Of a DNA stretch of 64,000 nucleotides, positions 9,572-20,175 are shown piece by piece (within the stretch, counting starts at the first letter, position 1; every line of letters begins with the position of its first letter). The notes beneath the pieces are model-generated. The model did no database searches. It had not been told where the DNA came from and worked only from the letters and a program-made list of their open reading frames with translations. This DNA comes from a virus. The stretch is from positions 1-64,000 of the IMG/VR virus record IMGVR_UViG_3300001390_000008, one strand, 5' to 3'. Position numbers and translations under genes: made by a program.

Positions 9572-10553
9572 CGTCAACCCCAACTATAACCTTATTATTC
9601 GACAAAGAAGCTGTGCCTGCTGGGATAGTCCTCTTTTGCCATATAGGTATAGCTGCTGGTGAGGTTGTAAATACCAGGGTATCCCCATTTGCAAAAACAC
9701 CGGCAAAGGCGGTATTAGTAATGGTGAAATAGGGCTTACTATAATCATTATTAGTTGGGGTAGCACCGGAACTTGTAGTGCCTGAACCCACAGAACCAAG
9801 AATATCCCCTACTATGCTGAATGAAGTAGCATCAGAAAAGGTTAGTGTCCACTGCTGCTCAACAGTGCCTATACTATCCATAGCAAGATAGACCGAATCA
9901 AAGGTTCCTGAACCCGCCACTGTAGCTACTACAGTACCATTTAGTGCCTCAACTGTCCCCGCCTGTATTACTGAGGATACTCTGGTATTTGCTGCTATAT
10001 ATCCATTAACCAGTGCGGGGGTAAAGCTTAGTGTAGCTACATCGCCTACATAGGTTACCACAGCATTGATGGTTATATATTCTTCCTTACCTACCACATC
10101 ATTGACATCTGTCATATCTGAGATGCGTACTAACATATTATTTTTGAAATAGGCTAAATTAAAATCTTCTGTAAGTACAGTAATACTCGTAACACCGGCT
10201 AATACATCTGCATCAAGAGTACCGCACCCATATTGCTGCTCAGCCCCAGATATAGCGGCCTCTGTATCCGTAGAGGTGCCCGGAAATATAGTTACAGCAT
10301 CCGCACCGGGCGTATTTGTTTCTATAAATACTCGGGTCTGTAGTAACTGTAGGTCTGCATCATTAGCTATGTGGCAATGTGATTTCCTATATTTTGTAGA
10401 TCCTGTACTTCTCTCTGACTGTGAAACATCAGGCCATAGGTTATTCTTTGCATTATCTATGATGGCATTTTTTGTCATTCTGCCGCCATTATTAGTGGTG
10501 TCGTCATTAGTTTCTGACTGGCGCCATATCATTTCTGAAGCTACGATACTCAT
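9558..10553 (-). CDS. putative tail/baseplate structural protein
   Basis: NNLWPDVS..R..G..KYRK and AIPIWQKR motifs, related to 3522..4310. Confidence 0.65.
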   Translation of the reverse strand: MSIVASEMIWRQSETNDDTTNNGGRMTKNAIIDNAKNNLWPDVSQSERSTGSTKYRKSHCHIANDADLQLLQTRVFIETNTPGADAVTIFPGTSTDTEAAISGAEQQYGCGTLDADVLAGVTSITVLTEDFNLAYFKNNMLVRISDMTDVNDVVGKEEYITINAVVTYVGDVATLSFTPALVNGYIAANTRVSSVIQAGTVEALNGTVVATVAGSGTFDSVYLAMDSIGTVEQQWTLTFSDATSFSIVGDILGSVGSGTTSSGATPTNNDYSKPYFTITNTAFAGVFANGDTLVFTTSPAAIPIWQKRTIPAGTASLSNNKVIVGVDGESA

Positions 10554-10563
10554 AATCTATCCC

Positions 10564-10947
10564 TCAAACTGTCATTAATTTAATAGTGCAAGTGTAATAA
10601 TCGCCCGGATCTGCATTATTCCTCTTTATTAATGCATCTGCAATAAAAGCAGGGGATTCATGGTGACGAAACTTTACCAAAAATGTTTGATACCCGGTAT
10701 CCAGAGAATACGCTGCTCCAGCCACATCAGCAAGTGCACGTACCTGATCCACCTGTGTCTTGGTCAACCACCCCTGATCTTCTTTAGCCACTAATGTAAT
10801 AGAGCGCCCTAAACTCAACTGCTGATCACGGACTACTAGATTACCCGCCAATGTTCGTTTAACAGAGGAGGCCACAGAACTATAGGTATCTTCGTCCTCC
10901 CATATCATGTGGGTGCTAAGGGTAACGCCTCCTAAAGTTATTGCCAC
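10564..10947 (-). CDS. putative distal tail protein
   Basis: 127 aa directly after the tape measure; WEDE..RTLAG..ITL motifs. Confidence 0.6.
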   Translation of the reverse strand: MAITLGGVTLSTHMIWEDEDTYSSVASSVKRTLAGNLVVRDQQLSLGRSITLVAKEDQGWLTKTQVDQVRALADVAGAAYSLDTGYQTFLVKFRHHESPAFIADALIKRNNADPGDYYTCTIKLMTV

Positions 10948-13900
10948 TATGCTATACCTTTTTCAAGTCCGTTCATTACATCTACAAAAGTCTCAACGGC
11001 ATCAGCCGCCCCGTATAAGGTGGATTCCTTGCCATTAAGAGTAATGTTTAAAGTAGTTACATTACCTACCTTACCAGACCCGCCACCGACAAGCCCCCCT
11101 CCAGCAAACGCGGGTAGCCCGCCTTTCATTTTTGGCCTACGCCCTGTTTTTGCAAGTGCTTGCAATCCTGAAAAAAAGCTGCCACCAAAGAACCTTGTGG
11201 TTATAGCATCCATAACAAACTCACCGTTAGATAACCATGCAGGTATAGAATCACTTGTTGAGGAGCCTGGCCCACTTACCTGCCCCCCAGAAGAGTACCC
11301 TACAATATTGTCGCCTGTATTAGTTACCTTACCATCAGCCCCTACTACACTGGTTATTATACCCCTAAGCTTTATATCCATCACGCCTAAAGCATCTATT
11401 CCTGTTTGTATCTGTACAGGATCAGGCTCAAGCTCCACCGGTAATTTCAGATTTGCAGCCTCTATGGCCCCCGCAACAGATTTAGCATATTCATAAGCAT
11501 TATTACTGTCAAAATCTATTTTAAGCTCTTCCTTTAACTTAGCATTAAACACTTTACTATAATTATTTGCATTAGCATTAATACTATCAAAGTCCAGTTT
11601 AAACTCTTCTTTGAATTTAGCGTTAAACACATCACTGTAGTCTTTTGCATTAGCCCCACCCGCCGCTATAAGTGCATCATGCCATTTAGTAAACCGATCT
11701 AATGCAGAATCACCAAAGGCCTGCCCATACTGAGTGCCCGCCTCTCTACCCTGTGTATAGAAATCTTTTCCTTGTGGGCCTTTTACCTTTAACTCAACGG
11801 GAAACTCAAAATCGTTAAATGTTCTTAATGCTGCATCTGCCCTTCTCTTCGCATCTAATGGATCTATTGTAAGACCAATCGTTATTTTACTGTCAGGGCT
11901 TTCTTCAAGATTACGTACCCCCTCTAAAACGGCAGTATCGTCTGGGGTTAAGTCTACGATAACTTTGGGGGGGTCACGATTAATTAGCTCTTGTATATAC
12001 TTGAAAGTATTTGCAATTTCTATATCTATTGGATCGGCAGCAAATGCTAGCTGTAATTTCTTTACAAGATCTTTACCCTCATTATCAAGTAATTCAGGCA
12101 GTATTTTTACAGGAATAGTAGTATCTGCTGATGCGGGGGAGAGAACAAAATCAAGCAACCCGGATAGTAGGCCTTTATCTTTATTGTCTATACTGGCTAC
12201 TATAGTAGCGTTTATCTTACGATTATCCTCAAGATTCTTTAGTGTGGTTAAATCATCCCCAACTAAAGAGATATCCACAGTTACTGGTACCTTTTCTGCA
12301 CCAACAGAGGTGTTAAGGCCACTATTAATGGCTTTTTTTATATCATTATCTATTTCATCCCCGTTAATATCTACATTTAACTCATAAGTGTCTGTAGCCC
12401 TTTTAAACCCATCTTCTACCCCATCCTTTATGCCGTCAGATACCGTTTTAGAGGTGGTACTTTTAAAAGCCTCTATCTTTTCTTTAGAGGGTATCCATGG
12501 ATTATTTGTTATATTATCCGGGGTACCTATAGCCCTGTGGGCATCTCGTGTTTTTTTACCCCCCTTTAACCCGGCATCACGATCAGCCTCTGCCTTTGTT
12601 AGCCTCTTTACGGCTTCTCTGTAAGCATCTATATCAACTACATCTTCTTTTGTAATAAACTTCGGGAAAGCCTTCTCTAATTGCTCACCTCTATAATTTA
12701 TATTAGACAAATAGTTAGACAATTCTTTTAATTTTTCAAGTACATTCTCCAATTTAGTTTCTAGGTAGGTGAGTACCGTAGTGAAATCCTCTGCCTGTTT
12801 TATTGCCGCAGTCTTTATAGTTTCTGCTGTACTACTAAGACCTGCCTCTAACTCTTTATCAAAAGCTAAGTAGTCCTTCTTGAGTTGCTCAAATTCCTCT
12901 TTAGGTATAAGGAATTCTGACTCTCCTGCATAATTAATCCTACGCAAGTCCTTTAGTTCATTTAATAGCCCCTGTCTACTCTTAAATTCTTCCTTAGAAT
13001 CCTTGCGTAAGGCTCGGGCACGATCTACCTCTCCTTTTTGTGTCGCAGCATCGACGTCCTTAAGTAATTGTAGCGACCTCTTCCTATTTGCTACTAGTTT
13101 TTCTTCTAGTTCATTACGACGTAAGGTAGATATCTCGTTAAGATTGTCCCCTTCAAGTAATTTTAACTGTTCTTTTAATTCAGCCTCTACTGCCTTTCTT
13201 GACCCTTCCCCACGTATTTTTATTTTTTCTTTTGCCTGCTTACGCAATAGATCTTTTTCTTCCTCTAAAGAATCGCTTAGCTCCTTACGGGCTTTTTCCC
13301 CACTTATAGTTAATTCACGATCTTTTAGCCCCTGATCGAAGTCTACAAGAAAATCTTGCAAATTATCCCTAAGGGCAACAAGCTCATTACCTACATTATT
13401 ATATGCAGATATAGCTGATTTTTTGTAAGCTAATGTAACACTTGTCAATTCTTTTTGTTTTGCTACAGCTTGTGCCAGGGCGACTTTTTCTATCTCTAGT
13501 GCAGAGGCTGATTTTTTATATGTTTCTATTATATTTACCCCAGATATATTTAACCCTTTCTGCGCCTCCATTGCTGCTTTTAAAGCTATACTAAACTGTT
13601 TTATTTTAGCAGCATCCATACTCCCTATAAGCTTATCAATTAGCTTCTGCTGTGTGGGGTTTATATTAGATACACGTTCAGGTTTAAATTGGTCACCACG
13701 ATTAAGGTATTTATTAAGATTATCGCTAGCTGCTCGGTAATTATCGTTTAGCTTACTCCATCTATCATTTAATACTCCAAGCGTCTCCGTCTCATTCTCT
13801 AAATCCCTTTTATTATTAGGGTCTACTAAACCCCCATCTACCGGTATCCCAGCTAAATTTCTATATTGATCTATTTCTTTAATTATTTTTTCTTGTGCTT

Positions 13901-16127
13901 CAAAGGCCTCTAATGCTGCTTGTTTAAATTTAACATAATCTAATGTGGTACTACCCATAGTCTTCGATATCGTCCCCCCAAAAGCATCTAGTATAAGTTG
14001 TACATATTCATCCATGTTTTCTTTTGCATTAGCGGTGCTTTCGGCTACCCCATCCATACTTTCTTTTAACGTAGATAGCCTATCGCCCAGGGTGCCCAGT
14101 TCTTCCTCTATATTGCCAACCTCTATAAAATATGGAGCACCAGCATACTTATAAGATTTTAGCTTTTTATACCTATTTGCTAATCTTACAAAAGCCTTTT
14201 CAGTTTTATTGTATTCCTTTTGCAGGCCGCTTTGTCTATCTTCATCTTCTTTAATCATATCTTGCAGACCTTCCATGGCTTGCCCGTATTTAGCTATTTC
14301 AGCAGTCATCTCCTTTAATATGGTTATCTGCTCTTTCCCACTAGTAAACTCACCAAAAGGATCTTCAGATGTAGGAACCCTGCCATTACGTATCTGATCA
14401 TTAAGTTCCCTGACAGCATCCTTAGATTTTTGTATTTTATTTTCATAGGCCTTTTGCGCTACCCTTGCTCTGCGTTCAAGTATGCGTGTCTTAGTGCTCA
14501 TAAAGCCGAACATTTTTTTTATGGTATTCCAGTTATCATAGATAATTGAACCTACTGAGGCTAGTATTACACCTATCACAGTAAATGCAACGGCAAATCT
14601 AGCCAGAAATCCAGCTACTTTACCAAAACGAGTAACTTTTAATATGGCTGCTTTACTAGCTGCTGTGTAGGCGATGATTGACCCTGTGGCGGAATCTACT
14701 GCTGTGGTTACCCTGGTCATTGCTACAGTAGTAGCTACAGCACCCTGTACTATCATGGCAAATGCAAGTCGGGCAGAGAACCCCATAAATATAAATAATG
14801 TAAAAATCCTCTTTACCAACCTTATAATTGGTCTAAGGACACTGAGGGTTAATGCTACAGACATACTAATAATCCATGTACTTACGTTATAGCCGATAAC
14901 CCCCGCTATTACATAACCTAAAGATCTCCATACCGCAGTAAATTTTACCAAAGCAGATACGGCCTCGCCTAAACTATCAACTACTACATTAATATTTTTA
15001 CCAAATCCAATAAAGAAATCCTGTAATGCAGGATCATTTAATGCATTTATAATACGTACTATATGCTTTTGTAGTGTCTTTAATGCCTCGCTGCCTGCAT
15101 CAATAGCCAGTGCACCAAAAGCACCTTTAGCTATTAAAAGCTGCTGCACAACAGACTTAGTTATAGTGGCGTACTCGTCAGCAGAGGATGTTGCTTCTTT
15201 ATACGCCTTTCTACCTATAGCTAATGCACGGTCAAGCTGGGTTACACTATTACCCGCATCATTAACCTGTTTAGCAAATACAGATAATGATCTGCTGCCC
15301 GCCCCTGCAAGGTTAATCATTTGCCCTATCTGTTCACTTTTAGGCAACCTGCTTATCTTGGTACTAATTATACGCAGGGCTTCCATGTTCCCTTTAGTGG
15401 CTATTATATCCTGCCAGTACCCTTTGGTAACCCCCAACACATCAGCAAATTTTTGTGCATTTACAAGGAATCGTGGGAATAGCTTAACGTAGAAGGTGGC
15501 ACCAACTTCATTCGTATTACCTAGCTGCTTTGTGGCTGCCGCTAGAGCAAGAACCTCTGTTATCTGATCACTGGCTACCGGGCCTATACGTTTAGTGATA
15601 TCAAGAAGGTCTTTAGCATTAGCCACTGTATTGTTTGATAATGCATTCATTACATCAAACACACGACCAACTTCATCAGGGCCTATATTGAATATTGCCG
15701 TTGCCTGCGAACCAAACTCAGCTAATTCCTGTGAGGTCAGACCTAGAGTGACGGTTGCTATTGCTACAGATTTAGTAAAGCTCTCGATAGCAGAGCGGCC
15801 AAAATCACCAAGGCCTAACTGCCCGGCAATAGCTGCTATCACACCGAGCTCTTTAGCGGCAATACCTATTGTTCTGGATAGGTTAAGGAGGGAGGTAGAC
15901 AGCCCTTTTATAGATTCATCAGTAAACCCTGTGGTCTTCTGAACATCCTTCATCTGCCTTTCAAATTCGGCAGCAGCTTTTACAGGGAATACTATTACAG
16001 CACCGGCGGCGAATGCCGCAGACATAGCGCCTACGACACGTATTACCGTAGACTCCATATTTTTTAATTTTTTTGTGGCCCTGTCATTAACAGCTACGTT
16101 AATGTTCATATTAGCTTTACTGGTCAC
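10947..16127 (-). CDS. tail tape measure protein
   Basis: 1726 aa; AAEFERQMKDVQKT TP901-like core, coiled coils, C-terminal GPGSSTSDSIPAWLSNGEFVM. Confidence 0.95.
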   Translation of the reverse strand: MTSKANMNINVAVNDRATKKLKNMESTVIRVVGAMSAAFAAGAVIVFPVKAAAEFERQMKDVQKTTGFTDESIKGLSTSLLNLSRTIGIAAKELGVIAAIAGQLGLGDFGRSAIESFTKSVAIATVTLGLTSQELAEFGSQATAIFNIGPDEVGRVFDVMNALSNNTVANAKDLLDITKRIGPVASDQITEVLALAAATKQLGNTNEVGATFYVKLFPRFLVNAQKFADVLGVTKGYWQDIIATKGNMEALRIISTKISRLPKSEQIGQMINLAGAGSRSLSVFAKQVNDAGNSVTQLDRALAIGRKAYKEATSSADEYATITKSVVQQLLIAKGAFGALAIDAGSEALKTLQKHIVRIINALNDPALQDFFIGFGKNINVVVDSLGEAVSALVKFTAVWRSLGYVIAGVIGYNVSTWIISMSVALTLSVLRPIIRLVKRIFTLFIFMGFSARLAFAMIVQGAVATTVAMTRVTTAVDSATGSIIAYTAASKAAILKVTRFGKVAGFLARFAVAFTVIGVILASVGSIIYDNWNTIKKMFGFMSTKTRILERRARVAQKAYENKIQKSKDAVRELNDQIRNGRVPTSEDPFGEFTSGKEQITILKEMTAEIAKYGQAMEGLQDMIKEDEDRQSGLQKEYNKTEKAFVRLANRYKKLKSYKYAGAPYFIEVGNIEEELGTLGDRLSTLKESMDGVAESTANAKENMDEYVQLILDAFGGTISKTMGSTTLDYVKFKQAALEAFEAQEKIIKEIDQYRNLAGIPVDGGLVDPNNKRDLENETETLGVLNDRWSKLNDNYRAASDNLNKYLNRGDQFKPERVSNINPTQQKLIDKLIGSMDAAKIKQFSIALKAAMEAQKGLNISGVNIIETYKKSASALEIEKVALAQAVAKQKELTSVTLAYKKSAISAYNNVGNELVALRDNLQDFLVDFDQGLKDRELTISGEKARKELSDSLEEEKDLLRKQAKEKIKIRGEGSRKAVEAELKEQLKLLEGDNLNEISTLRRNELEEKLVANRKRSLQLLKDVDAATQKGEVDRARALRKDSKEEFKSRQGLLNELKDLRRINYAGESEFLIPKEEFEQLKKDYLAFDKELEAGLSSTAETIKTAAIKQAEDFTTVLTYLETKLENVLEKLKELSNYLSNINYRGEQLEKAFPKFITKEDVVDIDAYREAVKRLTKAEADRDAGLKGGKKTRDAHRAIGTPDNITNNPWIPSKEKIEAFKSTTSKTVSDGIKDGVEDGFKRATDTYELNVDINGDEIDNDIKKAINSGLNTSVGAEKVPVTVDISLVGDDLTTLKNLEDNRKINATIVASIDNKDKGLLSGLLDFVLSPASADTTIPVKILPELLDNEGKDLVKKLQLAFAADPIDIEIANTFKYIQELINRDPPKVIVDLTPDDTAVLEGVRNLEESPDSKITIGLTIDPLDAKRRADAALRTFNDFEFPVELKVKGPQGKDFYTQGREAGTQYGQAFGDSALDRFTKWHDALIAAGGANAKDYSDVFNAKFKEEFKLDFDSINANANNYSKVFNAKLKEELKIDFDSNNAYEYAKSVAGAIEAANLKLPVELEPDPVQIQTGIDALGVMDIKLRGIITSVVGADGKVTNTGDNIVGYSSGGQVSGPGSSTSDSIPAWLSNGEFVMDAITTRFFGGSFFSGLQALAKTGRRPKMKGGLPAFAGGGLVGGGSGKVGNVTTLNITLNGKESTLYGAADAVETFVDVMNGLEKGIA

Positions 16128-16437
16128 TATACATCTCCTTTAAGGTATCAAGATATTTTGTCAGACTATCTTTTTCACCAAAAACACCAGCTATGGCCTG
16201 AGCCGTATCGACCACCATGACAGTTCTTTCTTTTGCTATTCTCCTATTTATAGACTTTGTACACAAATCTAACTTATCCAGAGTCATATTAAGTATTTCT
16301 GACTCTCTATAGCCGTGTTTTACGAGGAGCGTTATGCTGTCAACGAAAGTGCTGCCAGCGTCCTCTTTTAAGCTATACTGTCGCTTTTTTCGGGTTGGCT
16401 CAGACCGACGCGGGGCAGTACGCTCTTCAAGAAAAAA
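16117..16437 (-). CDS. tail assembly chaperone -1 frameshift extension (gpGT-like)
   Basis: In-frame slippery T TTT TTC at 16437-16431; the -1 frame stays open to TAA at 16117 and encodes LLVKHGYRESEILNMTLDKLDL. Confidence 0.75.
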   Translation of the reverse strand, partial: FFLEERTAPRRSEPTRKKRQYSLKEDAGSTFVDSITLLVKHGYRESEILNMTLDKLDLCTKSINRRIAKERTVMVVDTAQAIAGVFGEKDSLTKYLDTLKEMYSDQ

Positions 16438-16826
16438 CCTTTATTTACCTCAAATTGCTTGGTAACTAAAGTAATCATATCGTCTAGTTCCAGGTTTTCT
16501 ACATCTTCTGGGTCTAGATCGCATAAATCAGCACTAAGGTAGATTATTCTAGAGGCCGCTTTAGTAAGTAGCGGAAGTATCATATCCGGCTTCATAAAAT
16601 CAACTTCTTTAGGCATATCCCCGAAATTTTCTATATTCATTTCTACCATAACAAAGCCAATGAAATCCATGACACGACCAATATTTTTAGCCCTGCACTT
16701 AAAAATCTCTACTTCTTTACCATCTTTCATTATGGCAGTTATCTTGCCTTCATCAGACATAATATTTGCTGTCTCTGCCATTGCTTTAGCCGAACTGGCT
16801 TGTGTCTTTTTTTTCTGTCTAGTCAT
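16368..16826 (-). CDS. tail assembly chaperone (gpG-like)
   Basis: Lies between major tail and tape measure; contains the slippery heptamer. Confidence 0.8.
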   Translation of the reverse strand: MTRQKKKTQASSAKAMAETANIMSDEGKITAIMKDGKEVEIFKCRAKNIGRVMDFIGFVMVEMNIENFGDMPKEVDFMKPDMILPLLTKAASRIIYLSADLCDLDPEDVENLELDDMITLVTKQFEVNKGFFLKSVLPRVGLSQPEKSDSIA

Positions 16827-16851
16827 AATTACACCTTTATCTCAATTTAAT

Positions 16852-16887
16852 AAAAAAGGACGCACCCCAAAAAGAGATGCGACCTTT
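16852..16887 (-). terminator. rho-independent terminator after major tail gene
   Basis: GGTCGCATCTC-TTTTT-GGGGTGCGTCC followed by a T run. Confidence 0.7.
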
Positions 16888-16915
16888 ACATTACCGCTAA
16901 TTAATTGTCCTCAAA

Positions 16916-17773
16916 TTACACGCCCTTTACTGTCTGGCTAAAGAATTTAGAGGAACCAGAACGTGTATCGTCTAGTAACAATGATCCTGTTAGCTCAAAA
17001 CTACCAATTTCCTCGTTAATAAGACCATAGCCTGTCAACGGGTCAAGATCCGCTTTAAACATATCTACAACAACAGGATCTCCTCCTTCTGTATTTAGAC
17101 CGGAAAAGCGTATCCACCGCTGCTGTGATGTCTTGGTAAAGGCGGCCAGGTTATCCAACGAACCGTGATCAAATGTAATATATAGAGGGTTTGTGTTTGC
17201 CAGATTGACTGTTGCCCCTCGCACTGTTTGTTTATCCGTATCATAGATATGGATATCGCCGGTTGCCAGATCTACCCAACCATTTAATGAATTAACTGTA
17301 TCTGAATCTGTATCACCAAACTGGTAGGTGGTGGTAGGTACCGCATCATCACTAATAACATAGGTTGCTGTAGTGATATCCGCATAGACCGTCCCTGTTG
17401 CATGATTAACGATAGGAACCACAGTCTCGCGTGATCTTGCCCCGGTAAGAGGTATACCTGACAATGCCGCAGTTATTTGGAATGCTACAGATACCGCTGC
17501 GGGGATATTTGCTGTAGCCCCCCAGAAGCCGAGTGCTAGATTTTCCATGTCCATGTCTTCCAATGTCATGGTAAATGTGCCTTTCTTTTCCTGCACGATA
17601 GTTAAGTCAACTGCACGAGAGCCCGACATTGATTCTTTATGCTCGAATTTAGTTGTCTCAATAGAAATCTCTAAACTAGGTACATTACCCACGCGAACAA
17701 AGCCGCCTGGATCTCCTGTAATTGCGTCTTTTTCTGCAACATAAATGTTGCCCTGCCCAGAATAATAAGCCAT
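16916..17773 (-). CDS. major tail protein
   Basis: YYSGQG...VGNVPSLEISI..EHKESMSG.R..D...F.G.NT motifs typical of siphovirus tail tube proteins. Confidence 0.85.
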   Translation of the reverse strand: MAYYSGQGNIYVAEKDAITGDPGGFVRVGNVPSLEISIETTKFEHKESMSGSRAVDLTIVQEKKGTFTMTLEDMDMENLALGFWGATANIPAAVSVAFQITAALSGIPLTGARSRETVVPIVNHATGTVYADITTATYVISDDAVPTTTYQFGDTDSDTVNSLNGWVDLATGDIHIYDTDKQTVRGATVNLANTNPLYITFDHGSLDNLAAFTKTSQQRWIRFSGLNTEGGDPVVVDMFKADLDPLTGYGLINEEIGSFELTGSLLLDDTRSGSSKFFSQTVKGV

Positions 17774-17784
17774 GATTTATATCC

Positions 17785-18255
17785 TCAATTAGATGAAAGT
17801 CCGATTACCGGGAGATCAGTCTCCCATGTTTGGCCATAAAATATTGCACCTTCAATGTCCGTCTCTATTGGAGTTTCACCAGATAAAATCCAAGGCCGAT
17901 TATTAACACCTCTATATCCTAACACAATATCACGCACTTCATCCAATAGGTCTGTGGCGATAGGTTTAGTGTCTGTTGTAGCAGCATACTTGTAATTTAT
18001 CCCAACTACAACAGTAAAGAATGCAGTTAAATATACTGCACTTCTATTTAATGGCTGCCCCCGCCCACCATCTTCCTTGTTGCTAATGCCCTCAAATGTC
18101 ACACCAGCGAGAGGGTAGCCTACTGCACCTACGAAGGTAAAAAGTTCTTCTAGATTAAACACAGAGAAGCCCTTAGCATCAATAGATGGGGCGGTTTTAA
18201 CTAAAGTAACCAACTCTGTCATCATCTCCGCGACAGTTGCCGATGGCTTACCCAT
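17785..18255 (-). CDS. putative tail terminator
   Basis: Size and position between tail completion and major tail genes. Confidence 0.65.
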   Translation of the reverse strand: MGKPSATVAEMMTELVTLVKTAPSIDAKGFSVFNLEELFTFVGAVGYPLAGVTFEGISNKEDGGRGQPLNRSAVYLTAFFTVVVGINYKYAATTDTKPIATDLLDEVRDIVLGYRGVNNRPWILSGETPIETDIEGAIFYGQTWETDLPVIGLSSN

Positions 18256-18803
18256 TAAATGCGCCTCTTTATATTCTTTAATAGAGTTAATTCAAAAGTC
18301 TTAGCATCACGTTTAGATATGCCCATAAAAGGTCTTGCTGGAATTGTAGCCCCGCTTGGTGTTTTTCCGCCAAAGTTTTGTACGCCGGCATAAACTGCTG
18401 CCGCACCACGTATTCCAATAGAAAACACACCAAAACCCCCATTAATTCGTACATATGGGGGTAGCCGTTTAACAACATCTATTGCATTGCGTAGCTTACC
18501 CGTATCTACTAATGCCTGCGTTATCCCGGTAGTATTTACCTTACGCCGCCTAACAGTAGATTGTTTCGGCCCCCGCCAAAAACGGCCATCAGGCCCTCTT
18601 TGCGCATTACGATTTTTCCCTCTCGGGGCAAACCTTTCTATTGTCTTAGTAAGAAAATACTGCTCCAATAATGTCTTGGATAAGCCGACACGTACCCCCA
18701 TTCTTGCGCCACGCAACATACGCAATACCCTACCTTCCCCGGTAATAGAGGACTTAAAGAATCCCTTATTACTTCTGGTTTGACTAGGGTATAGTAAAGC
18801 CAT
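18255..18803 (-). CDS. virion morphogenesis / tail completion protein (Mu gpG / P2 gpS-like)
   Basis: GPDG..W; LVDTGKLRNAI; YAGVQNFGG; IPARPFMGIS. Confidence 0.85.
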   Translation of the reverse strand: MALLYPSQTRSNKGFFKSSITGEGRVLRMLRGARMGVRVGLSKTLLEQYFLTKTIERFAPRGKNRNAQRGPDGRFWRGPKQSTVRRRKVNTTGITQALVDTGKLRNAIDVVKRLPPYVRINGGFGVFSIGIRGAAAVYAGVQNFGGKTPSGATIPARPFMGISKRDAKTFELTLLKNIKRRI

Positions 18804-19427
18804 TTATAGCTCCGTAGAACGTACTGCATACAACCCATCATAGGGTGTAAAAATATGTTCATTTACATGTGTATATATAATATCCTGTAGGGGCTTGGAC
18901 ATATCCACAATATCTTTTTTATTGTGCGTTGCTGCATGTGTATGGTGTACATATACAGCAGCAGAGATTGCCGCCTCTTTAAGCCAACCAGGTATAGAAG
19001 CAGACCCTTCTTTAAACCCGGCAGTATACTTTACTGCTATGCCGGAGTAGGAGGTGTTTAGGCTGCCTAATATGCGTAATGTGCCCTTTTTTCTATCTAT
19101 AAAGTGATATAGGCTATCTATCTGGGTTAGCCCTGCTATATCGTCCAGTAATGCCTCATTAGCTGAGGTATTATATACTTCTATTGCATCACCGGTCAGG
19201 TGCCTCTGTGTAAGAAATAAAGTATATGGGGTAAAAGTATCATATAGGCCCAGTGTATTATTAAAATAGTCTATGCGGGTCTTATAGAATAGTTTAGTAC
19301 GCAATATTGACTCTATCATCGTAGTTGCCGATTCAAGAGAAGACTGGACAGAGTCAGTATTACCTACACCTACCATGTTCTGTAGATTCATTCTCTCCAG
19401 AACATCATTTACGTCGGCTAATATCAT
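18804..19427 (-). CDS. head-tail connector/adaptor
   Basis: VKYTAGF...IPGWLKEA motif; position after capsid genes. Confidence 0.75.
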   Translation of the reverse strand: MILADVNDVLERMNLQNMVGVGNTDSVQSSLESATTMIESILRTKLFYKTRIDYFNNTLGLYDTFTPYTLFLTQRHLTGDAIEVYNTSANEALLDDIAGLTQIDSLYHFIDRKKGTLRILGSLNTSYSGIAVKYTAGFKEGSASIPGWLKEAAISAAVYVHHTHAATHNKKDIVDMSKPLQDIIYTHVNEHIFTPYDGLYAVRSTEL

Positions 19428-19443
19428 CTATTTACCATGACGG

Positions 19444-19734
19444 TTAGGTACCCTTTTTACGACGGGTAGTCTTCTTCTCAACCGGCTCCACAGTAGGGTT
19501 CTTTTTTCTAGGGCTGGTTGTTTCTTTACCCATGTATGGGGCAGCTAGCTTATCCGATGTTTCTACAAATACCGGATGATCATTATTAGCACTGTCATAC
19601 CATACATGTGAGTCTAGATTAGCTGCTACCTCTTTAGAGACTGTAACTATATCCCCTTTCTTGATAGGACTTTTTGATAGTAAAGGTGACCCGAAATTTT
19701 CTGCACCTACTAAAACACGTTTTATATTAGCCAT
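19444..19734 (-). CDS. hypothetical head-associated protein
   Basis: 96 aa, basic tail, AGGTG RBS. Confidence 0.65.
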   Translation of the reverse strand: MANIKRVLVGAENFGSPLLSKSPIKKGDIVTVSKEVAANLDSHVWYDSANNDHPVFVETSDKLAAPYMGKETTSPRKKNPTVEPVEKKTTRRKKGT

Positions 19735-19772
19735 GATTCTTCACCTATTACTTATTTGAAGTTGATTACAAA

Positions 19773-20033
19773 TTACTGTTTAGGGTAGATAGTAAATAGA
19801 ACCGTATTGCCGGTCGTAACTGTAGTTACCTGTACAACATCTACTGCAGTTACTGAGGCTACCACAACACCCGGTACCCCTGCGGTGTATTCGATTGCTT
19901 TAACCTCATCGCCTACCTTAACCCCTACGATAGCAATATTGGTATTAGCTGCCACTCCTGCCGCTGTAGCATTCCATACACCCTGTAGCTGGCGTATTGC
20001 GTGTCCCTGATGTGCTTCTCTATTCCAAGCCAT
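19773..20033 (-). CDS. putative capsid decoration protein
   Basis: 86 aa Val/Thr/Ala-rich beta protein directly after the major capsid gene; AGGAG RBS. Confidence 0.55.
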   Translation of the reverse strand: MAWNREAHQGHAIRQLQGVWNATAAGVAANTNIAIVGVKVGDEVKAIEYTAGVPGVVVASVTAVDVVQVTTVTTGNTVLFTIYPKQ

Positions 20034-20175
20034 GTTTATATCTCCTAATTATTAGGCTTAAGGGGCTGAAGCCCCTGTCACCTTAAATGTTAGTATACCT
20101 GTTCTCATGTTAATTAATGTTTAGGTAGAGCCCGCTTACCCCTTCCATAATACTTTGCAACAGGTCTTTTAATCA

